Shown: positions 13,538 to 25,404 of the stretch, in pieces
Position numbering within the stretch: position 1 is the first letter of the stretch
Layout of the letters: every line of letters begins with the position of its first letter
Assembly (NCBI GenBank): GCA_951406725.2
Contig: OX597837.1
Coordinates: 8,680,001 to 8,744,000 of the forward strand
Direction of reading: 5' to 3'
Source: Octopus vulgaris
Taxonomy: Eukaryota
Length of the DNA stretch: 64,000 nt
Notes under the pieces: model-generated
Seen by the model: the letters and a program-made list of their open reading frames with translations, nothing else
The model's database searches: none
Told to the model about the DNA's origin: nothing
Translations under genes and position numbers: made by a program

Positions 13538-14071
13538 GCCATCAAGGTGACACTGGGGTAAAATATACGAAGCCCAATATACCCATCATGACTACCCGTC
13601 TGATAAAGGTACACCAGGCACATGCATCACAGCCATATGTACGTGACATTTTGATCTTATATCAAGATAAACAGCGCATGACCTTGCAGGTGGGGCCCAG
13701 TTAGAATTTTCTTCAGGTTGAGTAGCCCATCCCGCTCAAACGGTCTCTGAATAAGGGTTGTTTAAGGATGTTGAAAGAACCACCCATGTTTCCAGAGGCG
13801 AACTATTCAAACCCCAAAGAATCCCTCTCAACACATGGCTATGATGCTCCCCCACTACTTCTGCTCGTGATCAGAGATGCACATATCGTCAGCCACTAAG
13901 GGACATGCTCAACTGGTTAGGTCAAACAACTGACAAGCAAATCTGTGGTATTGAGCAGAATATTTGCTGTAGCCCATCTTTTATACCAAGACAAAACAAT
14001 GTACATGATAACACTTCCAATCAGTTAAGATCAGAAGCCATGAGAGCCACTGCCTGGTACTGCATCAGGGC

Positions 14072-14075
<4 letters not shown>
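13536..14075 (-). mobile_element. ~540-bp non-autonomous retroelement embedded in (TAA)n (probable Dong/R4-dependent element)
   Basis: Highly similar to 60136-60684 over its length; (TTA)n on both sides; no convincing ORF. Confidence 0.8.
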
Positions 14076-14162
<87 letters not shown>

Positions 14163-14317
14163 ATAGCAATTTGCATTATTATTGTAATCCTTATTATCAC
14201 CATCACTATAATTATTGGTTTTTATTCCTGTCATTATTATTATTATTGTTATTATTGTTATTATCATTATTATTATTATTATTATTATTATCATCATTAT
14301 TATTATTGTTATCATAA

Positions 14318-14348
<31 letters not shown>

Positions 14349-15982
14349 CATCATTGTTATTATTGTTGTTGTTGTTACCATTATAGTCCTTGTTATTATT
14401 ACCATATTCATCTTTGTCGTTTTGTTGATGTTATTGTTTGTCATTTAAGACATACATCAAGTACTTCCTTTCTTTGAACAAATAATACGTACATCTTGAC
14501 GGTGTTGCATAGAATTAATTCAAGTCTTTCAATTACGTTCGTGTTTAAAGCAAAAGCTCAATGTCAAAAGAAAGATGACTGAGAATTACAGAGACCAATA
14601 CAGGTGTATAGAATAACATACAACATAGATTCTTGGTTTATTAAAATTGTTTTCGCCTTTAGACGGCGGGTCGTAATTACCAAATGGCAATTAAAATTTA
14701 GCTCGAATTGAAGAAGGGTCATAATCTCAAGATTCAAGAGTCACGTCAAGATAACACACTAGTTCAGGAATGAATAATAGTCGGGGACGCATATCTCTGG
14801 CTCAGGAGTCGGCATCCACACGAACACGTTCTGACCTTCGCCCCGCTATACATAGAGCTTATATAAACAAATAGAATTATATTTATGCCGTAGGTAAGTT
14901 GCATTATTGAAGCAGAAATAGGCTAAAACACATAACTCAGAATCGTCAGTGGCACGTAATATCAAACCAGCAATATCCAACCTCATAAGCCACACACAAG
15001 AGCAGATAGCCTCAAACAACCGTATATATTGCAAGCACTAAATTAATGTTCTTTTCAATATGGATGAGGAAACGAGAGGTAATTGATCATTCAATCTTCG
15101 CTTCCAAAGAATCTTTCACCTATTCACAGAATATTATAAAAACGAGACTGAACGTATATCATTTAACGCATTTTGTATCATTTCATATATGAACAGAAAT
15201 AATATTGACAGTGTCGATACCCTTCTCATTACACAAAATATATTGGGAACATGAAAGAAGGGATTCATTTTTTTTCCCAACATATCAGTAGACTTTTTTT
15301 TCATAATCTTGAATCGGAGGATATTCTACGATGTTCTTCTAACATATATATATACACTCTTCATACGACTAAGTATTCAGACATTACATTTTATGCAAAC
15401 TATTATATTTATTATATATTTATTTTATTTTTACACTGTGCTATATAAAAACAAAATTATACCATGTAAAATTGTCTAGCAATAATATTCTTAAACTAAA
15501 TACCTACTGTATAAAGAAAACACGAGGAGTGTTTGGTTTCTTTATAGAATATGACATAGTTTAGTTTCAGCTCAGGGGTATCGATATCATGAAATTCCAT
15601 ACGCTTGCAGCTTTAGTATTGGCTTAAAATTTATTTTTTAGATAATATATTATACAAAATTAACTATATCGGTGCCACTTTCGTTCTCTCTTTCTAACTC
15701 CTTGTGTATTTATATCTTCTATATCTCTCCACATCGCTTTCTTTCTGTGTATTTCCTCAAAAAACCTAAACTCTTTTATCTTCCTCAGTCTATTCCTATC
15801 TTAACAATGTCAAATTTTCTTAAACATTACTTTCTTTATTCCACACTTAATAAAATACTCTTGAAATTTTATTTCATTCCACTGTTTATAATGACACTTT
15901 TTTCATTGTTTTCAAGAATCGATATTTTTCCTTCAGAAAAAATAACAAATATAGTCAGTAGAATTATAAAAAAACAGTCTTT

Positions 15983-16042
<60 letters not shown>

Positions 16043-16257
16043 AACCCGAACACACGCACACTAACACACGAAAACACACATAGACCTATGTCTATATTTA
16101 TCTATCTATCTATCTATTCATTTATTTATCTGTCTCTCTCTCTATATATATATATACATATATATACATATACACACATAAATATAAACATGTATATAGA
16201 TATAAAGATACATCTTTGCATGCGTACATACATGTGTATATATAGTATATATATATC

Positions 16258-16307
<50 letters not shown>

Positions 16308-16921
16308 TGTGTGTCTGTGTGTGGAGGTGTATATATGCATGTGTATGCGTGAGTATGTGTTTGCACGTATGTGTAAGATTAATATGAACGCATCAACAGC
16401 AAGAAAGACGAAAAGTGCTCCACGAATAATATTTTAAAATATCGTCTTTACTGTTGCTAATATTGTTATAAATAATTTTGTTAAAGAAAAAATAAGTTAA
16501 ATTAGATTCTATTATATTTTCATCAAAAGAAAATAAAATATCGGAAAATGTTGAGTAAAATATATAAATAAAAAAAAGAAAATTATCGCAAATTAAATTT
16601 AAGTGGGAAAATATTGTTTTCTGTTTAGTTGAATCAAATCGCTTTATTTACTTATTTATGTATTTATCTATGTATTTGTTTGTGTGTTTGTTATGTTGTT
16701 TGTTTATTTAATGACTTCACATTTATAAGTGTATGAGATCTTTGAAACAAAAATCTTAAATAGTTATATATATATATATAAACATATATATGTATGTGTA
16801 TATACATATATATATATATGAGTTCAAAGCAGTATATGTGTATACATATATACATACATACACACACCCACTCACATACACACACACATATATTTACGTG
16901 CATACACGTATATATGGGTAC

Positions 16922-16958
<37 letters not shown>

Positions 16959-17048
16959 GGTGTGTGTGTAAAAATGTATATATTCTGTGTGATGGAGTAT
17001 GTTCGTACGCATATATATATTATATATATATATATATGTATATATTTG

Positions 17049-17081
<33 letters not shown>

Positions 17082-17950
17082 GGAGAGAGAGAGGGAGAGA
17101 GAGATAAATAGATAGATAGATATACATACATACATGAACCTATGTGGGTGTACGTGTATACTCACATGACCACAAAGTTTCACATTAGCACACACACACG
17201 CATACATACACACACACACATAAGCACATATAACTAAACAACCAGAAAAAATCTATATTTAGACGGGAATCTATATATGCAAATGATTATCGACGTAGTA
17301 AGTTCTCATAATTTGCATAAGTGTGTACCTACGCCTTTCAATAAACGAATGAATGGAAGAATATGTGTGCGCACGAATGTGAGCGTGAGAGACAACGCCA
17401 GGGAAGAAAGAGACTGTGAGAGCCTGCGTTCATTACCTTTGTTTTACGTCTCTCACAATATATCATTAATTCATTGACAACAGTTTTATTCAATACAAGT
17501 GCGCCTAACATTTCAATAGTTACTGTTTACTGAATGTTCTCTGCTACTACTTTCAGTGTAATTCATTGATATATATATATATATTAATTTACCCGTGTGT
17601 TTGAGAAATGGCTGCGATTGTTTTGGTGTATCACTCCGCCATTTTAATCAACCAGTTTCTTGAGAACTATTTGGATACAAAAACATTACCACGTGGGTGT
17701 AAGAATACGTAGAAACACAATTGTACATATATTCATTTAAACATTTATATATGTGAAAATAGAGAATGTGGACAGCTTCAGAGAATGAGTTAAGCTCAAA
17801 ATATATAGCCTTATATTAATGTATGTGCCTACGTATACGAACACCCCACAAACACACACACACACACGTATCTATCTATCTGTCTATCTATCTATCTGTC
17901 TATCTGTCTATCTATCTATCTGTCTATCTGTCTATCTATCTATCTATATA

Positions 17951-18546
17951 CTTGTGGCTATGGCGAAAGAATGTATCTGGTGGACGCGCATGAAAGGATT
18001 AGAGACAAACACTTTCCTCTCTCGTCAATCTCTCATCAACTTCTCCAAGTATCACTTGAGGAGGAAAGTGAGAGTAGAGAGGCAAGTTTTGTCTAGTGAA
18101 TGTTTTAAAAAAAGATGGGTGAATGTAGCAAGGATGACACGTATGAATGACAAAGCCACCTTGGCTATGATTCTATGAACCATAAATTAATACAGAGAGT
18201 TGCTTATTTGCAAAAAAAAAAAAAAAATAAAAGAAAGAAATATAACATGTGACTTCATTGACCGAGGTTACCGTGGTCTTTTCCGTAGGCTTTTCTTTCC
18301 ACGGGTAAACCTCACCTGTCCTCCCCTTTACACTTCATATTGACATTTCTGTGATAACGATCCCAATTGATCAATTTTTTTCCTCTCCTTTTTTTTTAAC
18401 CCCCCCCCTTTTTTTGTCCTCTTTCTCTCCTTTTACGATCCCTTTTGATCGAACACCCCCCCCTTTTTTTTTACTTTCAAAAGAAAAGCTCTACCTTGTA
18501 ATTTGTTCTATCTGTGTGCAGCCCTGTGTGGCTAATAAAGAAACAT
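17951..18546 (+). mobile_element. 5'-truncated Tx1/L1-clade LINE inserted in (TATC)n
   Basis: Open frame LVAMAKECIWWTRMKGLETNTFLSRQSLINFSKYHLRRKVRVERQVLSSECFKKRWVNVARM...* (stop 18176-18178), AK..IW..R...F...W pattern of Tx1 ORF2 ends; 3' UTR ends ctAATAAAgaaacatatct; TATC arrays on both sides. Confidence 0.75.
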
Positions 18547-18555
18547 ATCTATCTG

Positions 18556-18602
<47 letters not shown>

Positions 18603-18609
18603 CCCTCTT

Positions 18610-18677
<68 letters not shown>

Positions 18678-18880
18678 TTTGCAGTTTTTATGTCTATGTA
18701 AACTTGTAAATTGAAACTCTATTTCTATTTAAATCTCTGTATATATTTGAGTATAAACATACTTAAATGCCAGTGTGTGTGTGTGTGTGCGTATACGTGT
18801 GTGTGTGCGTATACGTGTGTGTGTGTGTATAAGTGTGCGTGTGTATAAGTGTGTGTGCGCATATAAGTGTGTGTGTTGAA

Positions 18881-19029
18881 AAAAGTATTTTATATATCAG
18901 ACGCAAAGACCCCTCTTCAGAAGAAAAAGAACAGTCGGTGCAAAGTCCAGTTATGTAGGGTCAACGGATCCTACATAACTGGACTTTTCTCTGAAGACGG
19001 GCCTTTGTGCCTGAAATATAAAGGTTTTA
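18881..19029. repeat. Fold-back inverted repeat carrying a hammerhead-like core
   Basis: Perfect 18-bp inner arms 18942-18959/18970-18987; outer arms 18893-18921 vs 18990-19020; CTGAAGA-c-GGGC...GCCT-GAAA-TA-TA at 18991-19020. Confidence 0.75.
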
Positions 19030-19198
19030 TTCAACTTTACGCATGGCCAGAAGCTCTTTATTTTCTCTCTTTTTACATACTTCGATATTGCATTGCTTCA
19101 AGCGAATTACGATTGGGATTGCGTTTAAGAAAATTTCCTGCAAAAGGCTGCGTCTATAAGGAAGTTAAACGCACCTCAGGAAACACGTGTTGCGGAGT

Positions 19199-19336
19199 GT
19201 AGCTTGCCTACCAACCACATGGTTCCGGGTTCAGTCCCACTGCGTGGCATCTAGGGCAACTGTCTACTACTATAGCCTCGGGCCGACCAAAGCCTTGTGA
19301 GTGGATTTTGTAGACGGAAACTGAAAGAAGCCCATC

Positions 19337-19420
<84 letters not shown>

Positions 19421-19536
19421 ATGTTTGTGTGTCTGTGTTTGTCTCCCCAACATCGCTTGACAACCGATGCTGGTGTGTTTACGTCCCTGTAACTTAGCGG
19501 TTCGGCAAGAGAGACTGATAGAATAAGTACTAGGCT
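19199..19536 (+). mobile_element. CORE-type SINE, truncated at both ends, with internal (TA)n(TG)n
   Basis: tagcttgcctaccaaccacatggttccgggttcagtcccactgcgtggcatctagggcaac...gatagaataagtactaggct; flanked by ~43-bp direct repeats. Confidence 0.9.
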
Positions 19537-19760
19537 TATAAGGAAGTTAAACGCACTCAGGAAACACGGGTTGCAGAGTAATTTAGAAATGATTAATAAG
19601 AATTAAAATAAAATTCAATTGTATCTGGTGATGTATATTAGGATTTGATGAATTGCATGAGGACTTCTATCTGTAAATAACAAATATATATATATGTGGT
19701 GGTGCCCCAGCATTGCCGCGGCCTTCGGGCTAAAACATTTTTAAGGATTTTTAAGGATTT

Positions 19761-20018
19761 TAAACCCAATCTGTTTCTTAAACGAGCGACATATTCATAC
19801 GGCACAGAATGTTTTCACCTCAATAGACGTCTGTGATTGGTTGAAATTGCAGAAATTGAAGAAAAAAAACAACAAATACCTTACAAACTATAGAATTTTC
19901 TCAATAAAGCCAAGAGAAAAAGATGTTTTATAAACACATTCTACCAGTATATGAAGTTTAAAATTTTTTAGTTGCCTAGAAATTATGTTAAAAACTGCCG
20001 TTCAAAGCGAAAAGATCC
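19761..20018 (-). mobile_element. Partial copy of the MITE at 44167-44598 (one TIR retained)
   Basis: Reverse complement matches 44167-~44423; ends aaaactgccgttcaaagcgaaaagatcc. Confidence 0.9.
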
Positions 20019-20035
20019 AGATATTATTATTAAAG

Positions 20036-20089
<54 letters not shown>

Positions 20090-20207
20090 TGTTGTGTTTA
20101 GGAATGGTCATTTTGCCAGTTTAGCCAATAAAAACACGCGCACTATATATTTGGTGTTACTTTGCTTCAGTGTTATTTATTTTTTACATTAATCTTAATC
20201 TTATTTC

Positions 20208-20252
20208 GGCCAGAGTTCTTTCGTCACACTCCTGTGACCGCATCAGTGGTCC
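20208..20252 (-). ncRNA. Candidate minimal type I hammerhead ribozyme in a TA-flanked element (20089-20270)
   Basis: Minus strand ggacca-CTGATGC-g-GTCACA-ggag-TGTGAC-GAAA-GaaC-TC-tggcc; 6-bp stem II, stem I cca/tgg; A9 replaced by C. Confidence 0.5.
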
Positions 20253-20267
20253 TTTGTTTTCTTCTTA

Positions 20268-20342
<75 letters not shown>

Positions 20343-21065
20343 GGGTGTTGACGTTAATGACTAGTCCCTCCTCCAAAATTTCTGCCTATAATAGAAAGGA
20401 TTATAACTTGAAATAATACATAGATTTATTACATGTGCATTCTAAAACTATATGCCTTATAATGTATTTTAGCAAACTGTTACCGGTTATGAATGAGCAA
20501 TCAACGTATGTGCATAAAAATACGTAAACAATTGTTGAGAGGCTAATAGTTTTGAAGGCAATATTGCAACCGAGAAAAAATGTAGCTATGCAACGTATTT
20601 CTGGTTATTATATGCTTCCATAGTGTCATCTTTCTTATGAAAGTGTTATTGCATTATTTCCTCCGATTAAACTTCAAATGACAGCAGGCAGGTGGTCGAC
20701 TACCTTCACATGGCAAACATAAATATTCAGTTAAAATACCAGAATTCATAAAATACGCCAACCAACTAACCAGCCAACCAACCAACCGACCAACTATAGT
20801 CAACTATCTAGCTTTCCCCTCTCTCTCTCTCTCCCTCACCATCCCGCGCTCTCTCTCACTCACACACGCATGCACAGATATATATATACATATATACATA
20901 AGAAATGTATAAAGGACAATTGGACAATTACTTGTATAATGAGATTCATTAGCTGTTTTTGCATATGCAGTAATAGCTGAGTCGTAGCTTAGAAAACGAA
21001 AGTGCAATAGTATTTGGGAATGCCTTTATATATATCTAGCGTCAATATCTATCTATCTATCTTTC

Positions 21066-21234
21066 TTTCTTTTTCCCCTTTTACGATCCCTTTTGATCGA
21101 AAACCTACGCCACTTTTTTTTGTTTCTTCTGTTTTTTTGTTTTTTTTTGTTTGTTTTTTTCATCCCACAAAAGAAAAGCTCTACCTTGTAATTTGTCACA
21201 TCTGTGTGCAGCCTTGTGTGGCCAATAAAGAAAC
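21066..21234 (+). mobile_element. 3' UTR fragment of the same Tx1-like LINE as 17951-18546
   Basis: ccttttacgatcccttttgatcgaa...aaagaaaagctctaccttgtaatttgt...gtgtggccaataaagaaac nearly identical to 18429-18544; TATC on both sides. Confidence 0.85.
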
Positions 21235-21241
21235 TTATCTG

Positions 21242-21318
<77 letters not shown>

Positions 21319-21897
21319 AAGGCGGCGAGCTGGCAGAAACGTGAGCACGCCGGGCGAAATACTTACCGGTATTTCGTCTGCAGCTACGTTCTGAATTCAA
21401 ATTCCGCCGAGGTCGACTTTGCCTTTCATCCTTTCGGGGTCGATAAACTAAGCACCAGTTACGCATTGGGGTCGATATAATCGACTTACTCCGTTTGGCT
21501 GTCCTTGTTTGTCCTCTCTGTGTTTAGACCCTTGTAGGTAGTAAAGAAATAGGTATTTCTTTAAGTTCTGAGTTCAAATTCCGCTGAGGTCGACTTTGCC
21601 TTTCATCTTTTCGGGTTCGATAAATTTTTACCAGTTACGCCCTGGGGTCGATATAATTGACTCAGTTCGTTTGTCTGTCCTTGTTTGTCCTCTCTGTGTT
21701 TAGCCGCTTGTGGGTAGTAAAGAAATAGGTTTTTCTTCTATCTTTAGGTTCTGAGTTTAAATTTCCCCGAGGTTGACTTTGCCTTTTATCCTTTCGGAGT
21801 CGATAAATGAAGTACCAGTCGAGTTGTGGGATCGATGTAATCGGCTAGCACACCCTCTCCAAAAATTTCGGTTCTTGTGCCTACAGTAGAAAAGAAT
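21319..21897 (+). mobile_element. Meta-domain-like SINE with three tandem body units
   Basis: Head 21319-21367; units start at ggtatttc/ggtttttc (21368, 21552, 21728); units 1-2 end gtagtaaagaaata, unit 3 ends with the standard tail gtgcctacagtagaaaagaat. Confidence 0.9.
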
Positions 21898-21914
21898 ATC
21901 TATCTATATATAGT

Positions 21915-22375
21915 TTACCTTTTTTGTGCTTCAGTCATTTGGCTGCGGCCATACTGGAGCACCGCCTTTAGTCGAACAAATCGACCCCAGGACTTATTCT
22001 TTATAAGCCTAGTATTCTATCGATCTCTTTTACCGAGCTGCTAAGTTACGGGGACGTAATCACACCAACATTGGCTGTCAAGCGATGTTCGGGGGACAAA
22101 CTCACACACACGCACACGTCGAAGCAGCGACGTCAAATGGTGGGCGCCAATCTGCTGTGCCGAATCGTCTCCTGCCCATGGGGTGATAAATTATATCTAC
22201 TATCCTGTACGCCAAATGCTCTGTTCGACAGGCTTCCGCTCATTTTCCACCTAGAAATACACAACTTACAAGCTTTTTGTCATCGTGAAGCTAGATTAGA
22301 AGAAAAACCGTGTTTGCCGTGAAGATAGATCGAACACGAATCCACTCTGTAGAGAAGTGGAATTCGGAACCATGA
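21915..22375 (-). mobile_element. CORE-type SINE (good 3' half 21915-22110, diverged 5' half)
   Basis: ttcagtcatttggctgcggccatactggagcaccgcctttagtcg...gctaagttacggggacgtaa matches the family. Confidence 0.75.
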
Positions 22376-23074
22376 TTAGTTGAAAATTTTGTTGAGTCAA
22401 TATTCCACAATGAGTTCTTTGCTTTTTTTTTTTTTTGGTGGGGGGTTGTTTATTTTTTCTTTTTGGCTTGTTTTCTAAAACGCCATCTCATACATCAGAC
22501 CACACAATTAAACTTCTTTGAAATAGAAGACAGGATAAATGATTTAAATTTTCAACCCACCACCTAACAAAAAAAATAAATATATAAAAAGAAAGAAAAA
22601 TAATTAAAACAGTAAAATTTAAACATAGAAATATATAAAATATGAAAACGAAATGAAAATAGGAGATCTAACATTATTTTTTGTATTATATCCTCTTGTC
22701 AATTTAGATTTTCTATTTACTAAAAATAAGAGCTGTACACATTTCAACATAACCCGAAAGTACTAACACTTAATTTACGTCGCTATTGTACGTTATCAAA
22801 GCTAACTATGTCAATAGTTTAACTCTTGTAATCGTAGTTTAAGATCTTCAATACAACAATTATTTGCGGTAGAAGAAGAAAGGAAAAAAATAAATATCGA
22901 AAACAAAAGTGAATGAAAATTTGAAAAGCTATTAATTCGTAAAACTGAAGTGTGATTCTCGAAAATTTAGTTTTTTTCCCCCCCACTCAATGACTCGGTC
23001 TTGTACAACAACAAGAATACCAACAACAACATAAACAATAACACCTACTACTACAAATAACAATGATAACCAAG

Positions 23075-23117
<43 letters not shown>

Positions 23118-23142
23118 TAATAATAATAATAATAATAATAAT

Positions 23143-23360
23143 AATCCCTTCTACTATACGCACATGGTTGTTTTGTGGGGTGGGGCGAGGACTAGGCGAT
23201 CATATCGACCCCAGTGTTTCACTGGTACTTAATTTATCGGCCTCGAAAGGACGAAAGGCAAATTCAACCTCGGCCAAATTTGAACTCAGAAGGTAACAAC
23301 AGGGGAAATACCACTAGGCGTTTTACCCGGCGTGCTAACGATTCTGCCAGTGCGCCGACT
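23143..23360 (-). mobile_element. Meta-domain-like SINE between two (TAA)n arrays
   Basis: Reverse complement of the 21319 family: ctggtacttaatttatcg...aaaggcaaa...tttgaactcagaa...cccggcgtgctaacgattctgccag. Confidence 0.85.
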
Positions 23361-23379
23361 GAATAATAATAATAATAAC

Positions 23380-23436
<57 letters not shown>

Positions 23437-23437
<1 letters not shown>

Positions 23438-23760
23438 TGAATGAACGTGACACTGCCCCAAAAATTCGCAATTCTAAGGGAAACCTGAAAATAATTGGCA
23501 AAATCCGCCTTGCACTTAAGGATATAATTTCAGCTAATGATGTTGATATTAGAGAAATCAGCCACCTGTACTATGCATCCACGAAAATCTCATTGATTCT
23601 ATGTGGTGAAAAGATTACAAAACGACAACATTCCCACAAAATAGCCTGCTTGGCGAGAGCGTATAGAGTACCAAATTCAGCTACTTAGGTCCGACATAGA
23701 ATGTTTCAAAAACCTTAAGCTTAACAAGATTATCAAACTGACAAAAATCCGATAATTTAA
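23437..23760 (+). pseudogene. Dong/R4-like retrotransposon N-terminal ORF fragment (part 1)
   Basis: MNERDTAPKIRNSK...IREISHLYYASTKISLILCGEKI then, after a frameshift, PAWRERIEYQIQLLRSDIECFKNL; the P.W..R+E..I..LR.D+ pattern is typical of R4/Dong ORFs; starts directly after (TAA)n. Confidence 0.7.
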
Positions 23761-23785
23761 ATATATATATCTTTATATATATATA

Positions 23786-25042
23786 CGAGGGGCGTTCAAT
23801 AAGTAGTGCTCCTGACCCACTTGCAGTTGTTTGATCTAGCTGAAATTTTGCATGTGCACTTATTTATACCTCTATAGATTAAGTGGCGAATTACAACTCT
23901 GAACTAATTGTGGTTTCTGATTTACAGGTGTTTGAACTGAGTCAAGTGTGAAATGGAGCCTGTTGAGTGTCGAGCAGTGATCTGGTTTTTGTATTTGAAA
24001 GGACGCACACCACGGGAGGCTTTTGATGCAATAAAAGTAACTTATGGTGATGATGCCCAATCATATGACCTTGTAAAACGCTGGCATTGTGAATTCAAAC
24101 ATAGACGGAACTCTGTGGAAACAGCTCCCAGATCTGGTCGCCCACTTCTGCCGTTGATGAGACGTCTGTCCGTCAAGTTGAGGCTGCCATTTTGGAAGGT
24201 CAACGCATAACTATTCGCCAAATAGCCCATAAGGTCAAGATTAGTACCGGGTCTGTGGAAACTATCATTCATGACCATTTGCATATGCAAAAGGTGTCTG
24301 CCAGATGGATTTCCAGGTTGCTCACACCTTTCCAGAAGCAAGAACGCGTTGAGTGCTCGAGGATGAATTTGGAGATGTGCCAAGAAGATGAGTCAAAATT
24401 TTTCAAAAGACTGATCACACAGGATAAAACCTGGGTCCATCACTATGATCCATAGACCAAAGCCCAGTCAATGCAGTGAAAGCACCGTGACTCACCTCCT
24501 CCAAAGAAGGCAAGGGTGCAGCCCTCCGCTGACAAGGTTATGCTCACAGTCTTCTGGGACCAGGACGGAGTAGTGATGACAGATTTCCTGGCAAAGGGTA
24601 CCACAATTACAGGAGCCTATTATGCTTCACTTTTGAGGAAATTAAGAGAAGCTATCAAAATCAAGAGGCGGGGCAAGATCAGCAAAGGCATCCTCCTCCT
24701 GCAGGACAACGCTCCGATCCACAACTCGCGTGTCGCCAGGCGTGCAGCTATGAACTCCTCTCCTTGCACCCTCTGATTTTCACCTCTTCCCAGCCATGAA
24801 GTTGATTTTGAAAGGAAAGCGTTTCCCAGATGATGCAGCCTTGATTTCTGAAGTCACGTCGTGGCTGGAGGACCAAGCTGGGGTCTTCTACAAAAACGGT
24901 CTCCAGAGCTGTATCAAACGAGGGGAGAAATGCATAACTCTGGGTAGTTCCTATGTAGGAAAAGACTAATAACTGTGCCAAGTGTCGTTGCTCTACTGCT
25001 ATGGGAAGTGGGTCAGGGGTATTACTTATTGAACGCCCCTCG
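23786..25042 (+). mobile_element. Mariner (Tc1/mariner DD34D, irritans/Hsmar2-like) transposon, 1257 bp, defective
   Basis: TIRs cgaggggcgttcaataagta.../...tacttattgaacgcccctcg, TA TSD at 23784-85 and 25043-44. Confidence 0.97.
23953..24969 (+). pseudogene. Mariner transposase pseudogene
   Basis: MEPVECRAVI...RSGRP, WISRLLT, ITQDKTWVHHYDP, LLQDNAPIH, LAPSDFHLF; frameshift after SGRP, in-frame stops, and deletions of 13 and 21 bp removing the YSPD motif. Confidence 0.95.
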
Positions 25043-25049
25043 TATATAT

Positions 25050-25404
25050 AAGTTCAGCAAACAATTTAGATTCAAATGAATATGGTACTTAATTTAGATG
25101 CACCAGAATTTTTCATGGTATTACCCATAAAATATGCGGGGTGATTATAATCAAAAATAGGCTACAAGAATGGATCCGGTAATTTAGTACAATTGTTTCA
25201 TACTATAACATTTTATTAAAGCTGTAAATATTACAGCAGATTTAATATGCAGAGTAATCTTCAGCTAATTTTATATAGGTTTTCTAATAATATAAAGTTC
25301 TCAAATCAATTAGTAACATCCTAGAATAAAGCTGTAGATATGAATTTCAAGAACATGAAGTAGGATGCCAAACAGACCAAAATTAAGTTCACAACTAAAT
25401 ATAT

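Noticed and set aside
23953-24969. SETMAR or other domesticated transposase gene
   Set aside because: TIRs, TA TSD, stops and frameshifts are present and there is no SET domain: a dead transposon
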